64,000 bases of DNA from a virus, in the IMG/VR virus record IMGVR_UViG_3300020200_000015, positions 18,961 to 82,960 of that record; one strand, written 5' to 3'. Shown one piece after another: positions 63,816 through 64,000 of the stretch. A program made the translations under genes and the position numbers. The notes beneath the pieces were generated by a model. The model searched no databases and was not told the DNA's origin. It saw only the letters and a program-made list of their open reading frames with translations. Numbering within the stretch: the stretch's first letter is position 1; each line of letters opens with the position of its first letter.

Positions 63816-64000
63816 AGTGCGAACCGCTCAAACGAGTAACCTCCCAATCGGAAGTAGTGACATTGACTGCAAACACTCCAGCGTCACCTGGGCAATACCG
63901 CGTCAAGTCGCTGAGTTCGATGATTTTGCTGCCGTCAACATTGCCAATGCCCAGGGAGAGGTTGCCTTCGGTGTCAGCATGGCAAATGCCGACGAACCGC
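63772..64000 (-). CDS. 3' part of a hypothetical ORF entering from the right edge
   Basis: Open frame from the window end to TGA at 63772. Confidence 0.35.
   Translation of the reverse strand, partial: RFVGICHADTEGNLSLGIGNVDGSKIIELSDLTRYCPGDAGVFAVNVTTSDWEVTRLSGSHYECEAPSKWTVATA

Overview
This window is 64 kb of a tailed dsDNA phage genome (siphovirus-like), and essentially every credible gene is on the minus strand. Positions 1-17 kb hold a recombination/replication module: RuvC, SbcD-like nuclease, RecA, gp32-like SSB, a DnaE split into two separate genes, beta clamp, sigma factor, primase, DnaB, DnaC-like loader and an SF2 helicase. Positions 17-47 kb hold virion morphogenesis genes: tail/fibre, tape measure, tail chaperones with a likely +1 frameshift, tail tube, neck, a small membrane/lysis cluster, a GT4 glycosyltransferase next to the major capsid gene, decoration protein, protease/scaffold, portal and terminases. 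A second glycosyltransferase and a dNMP kinase lie at 47-49.6 kb, and 49.7-64 kb is an accessory, probably early-expressed region. Four observations stand out. (1) An array of small genes, each driven by a near-identical promoter-hairpin-RBS cassette, with a recombination scar and three paralogues. (2) These genes and their promoters are strongly depleted of GA[A/G/T] and [A/C/T]TC trinucleotides, while the spacers between them are packed with exactly those motifs, including tandem arrays. (3) Ser-Gly motifs are over-represented in surface virion proteins encoded beside two glycosyltransferases, suggesting virion glycosylation. (4) A promoter-to-terminator small RNA carries a GU-rich segment complementary to the CA-rich leaders of the cassette genes. 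All functional calls come from motif recognition by eye; no database searches were run.
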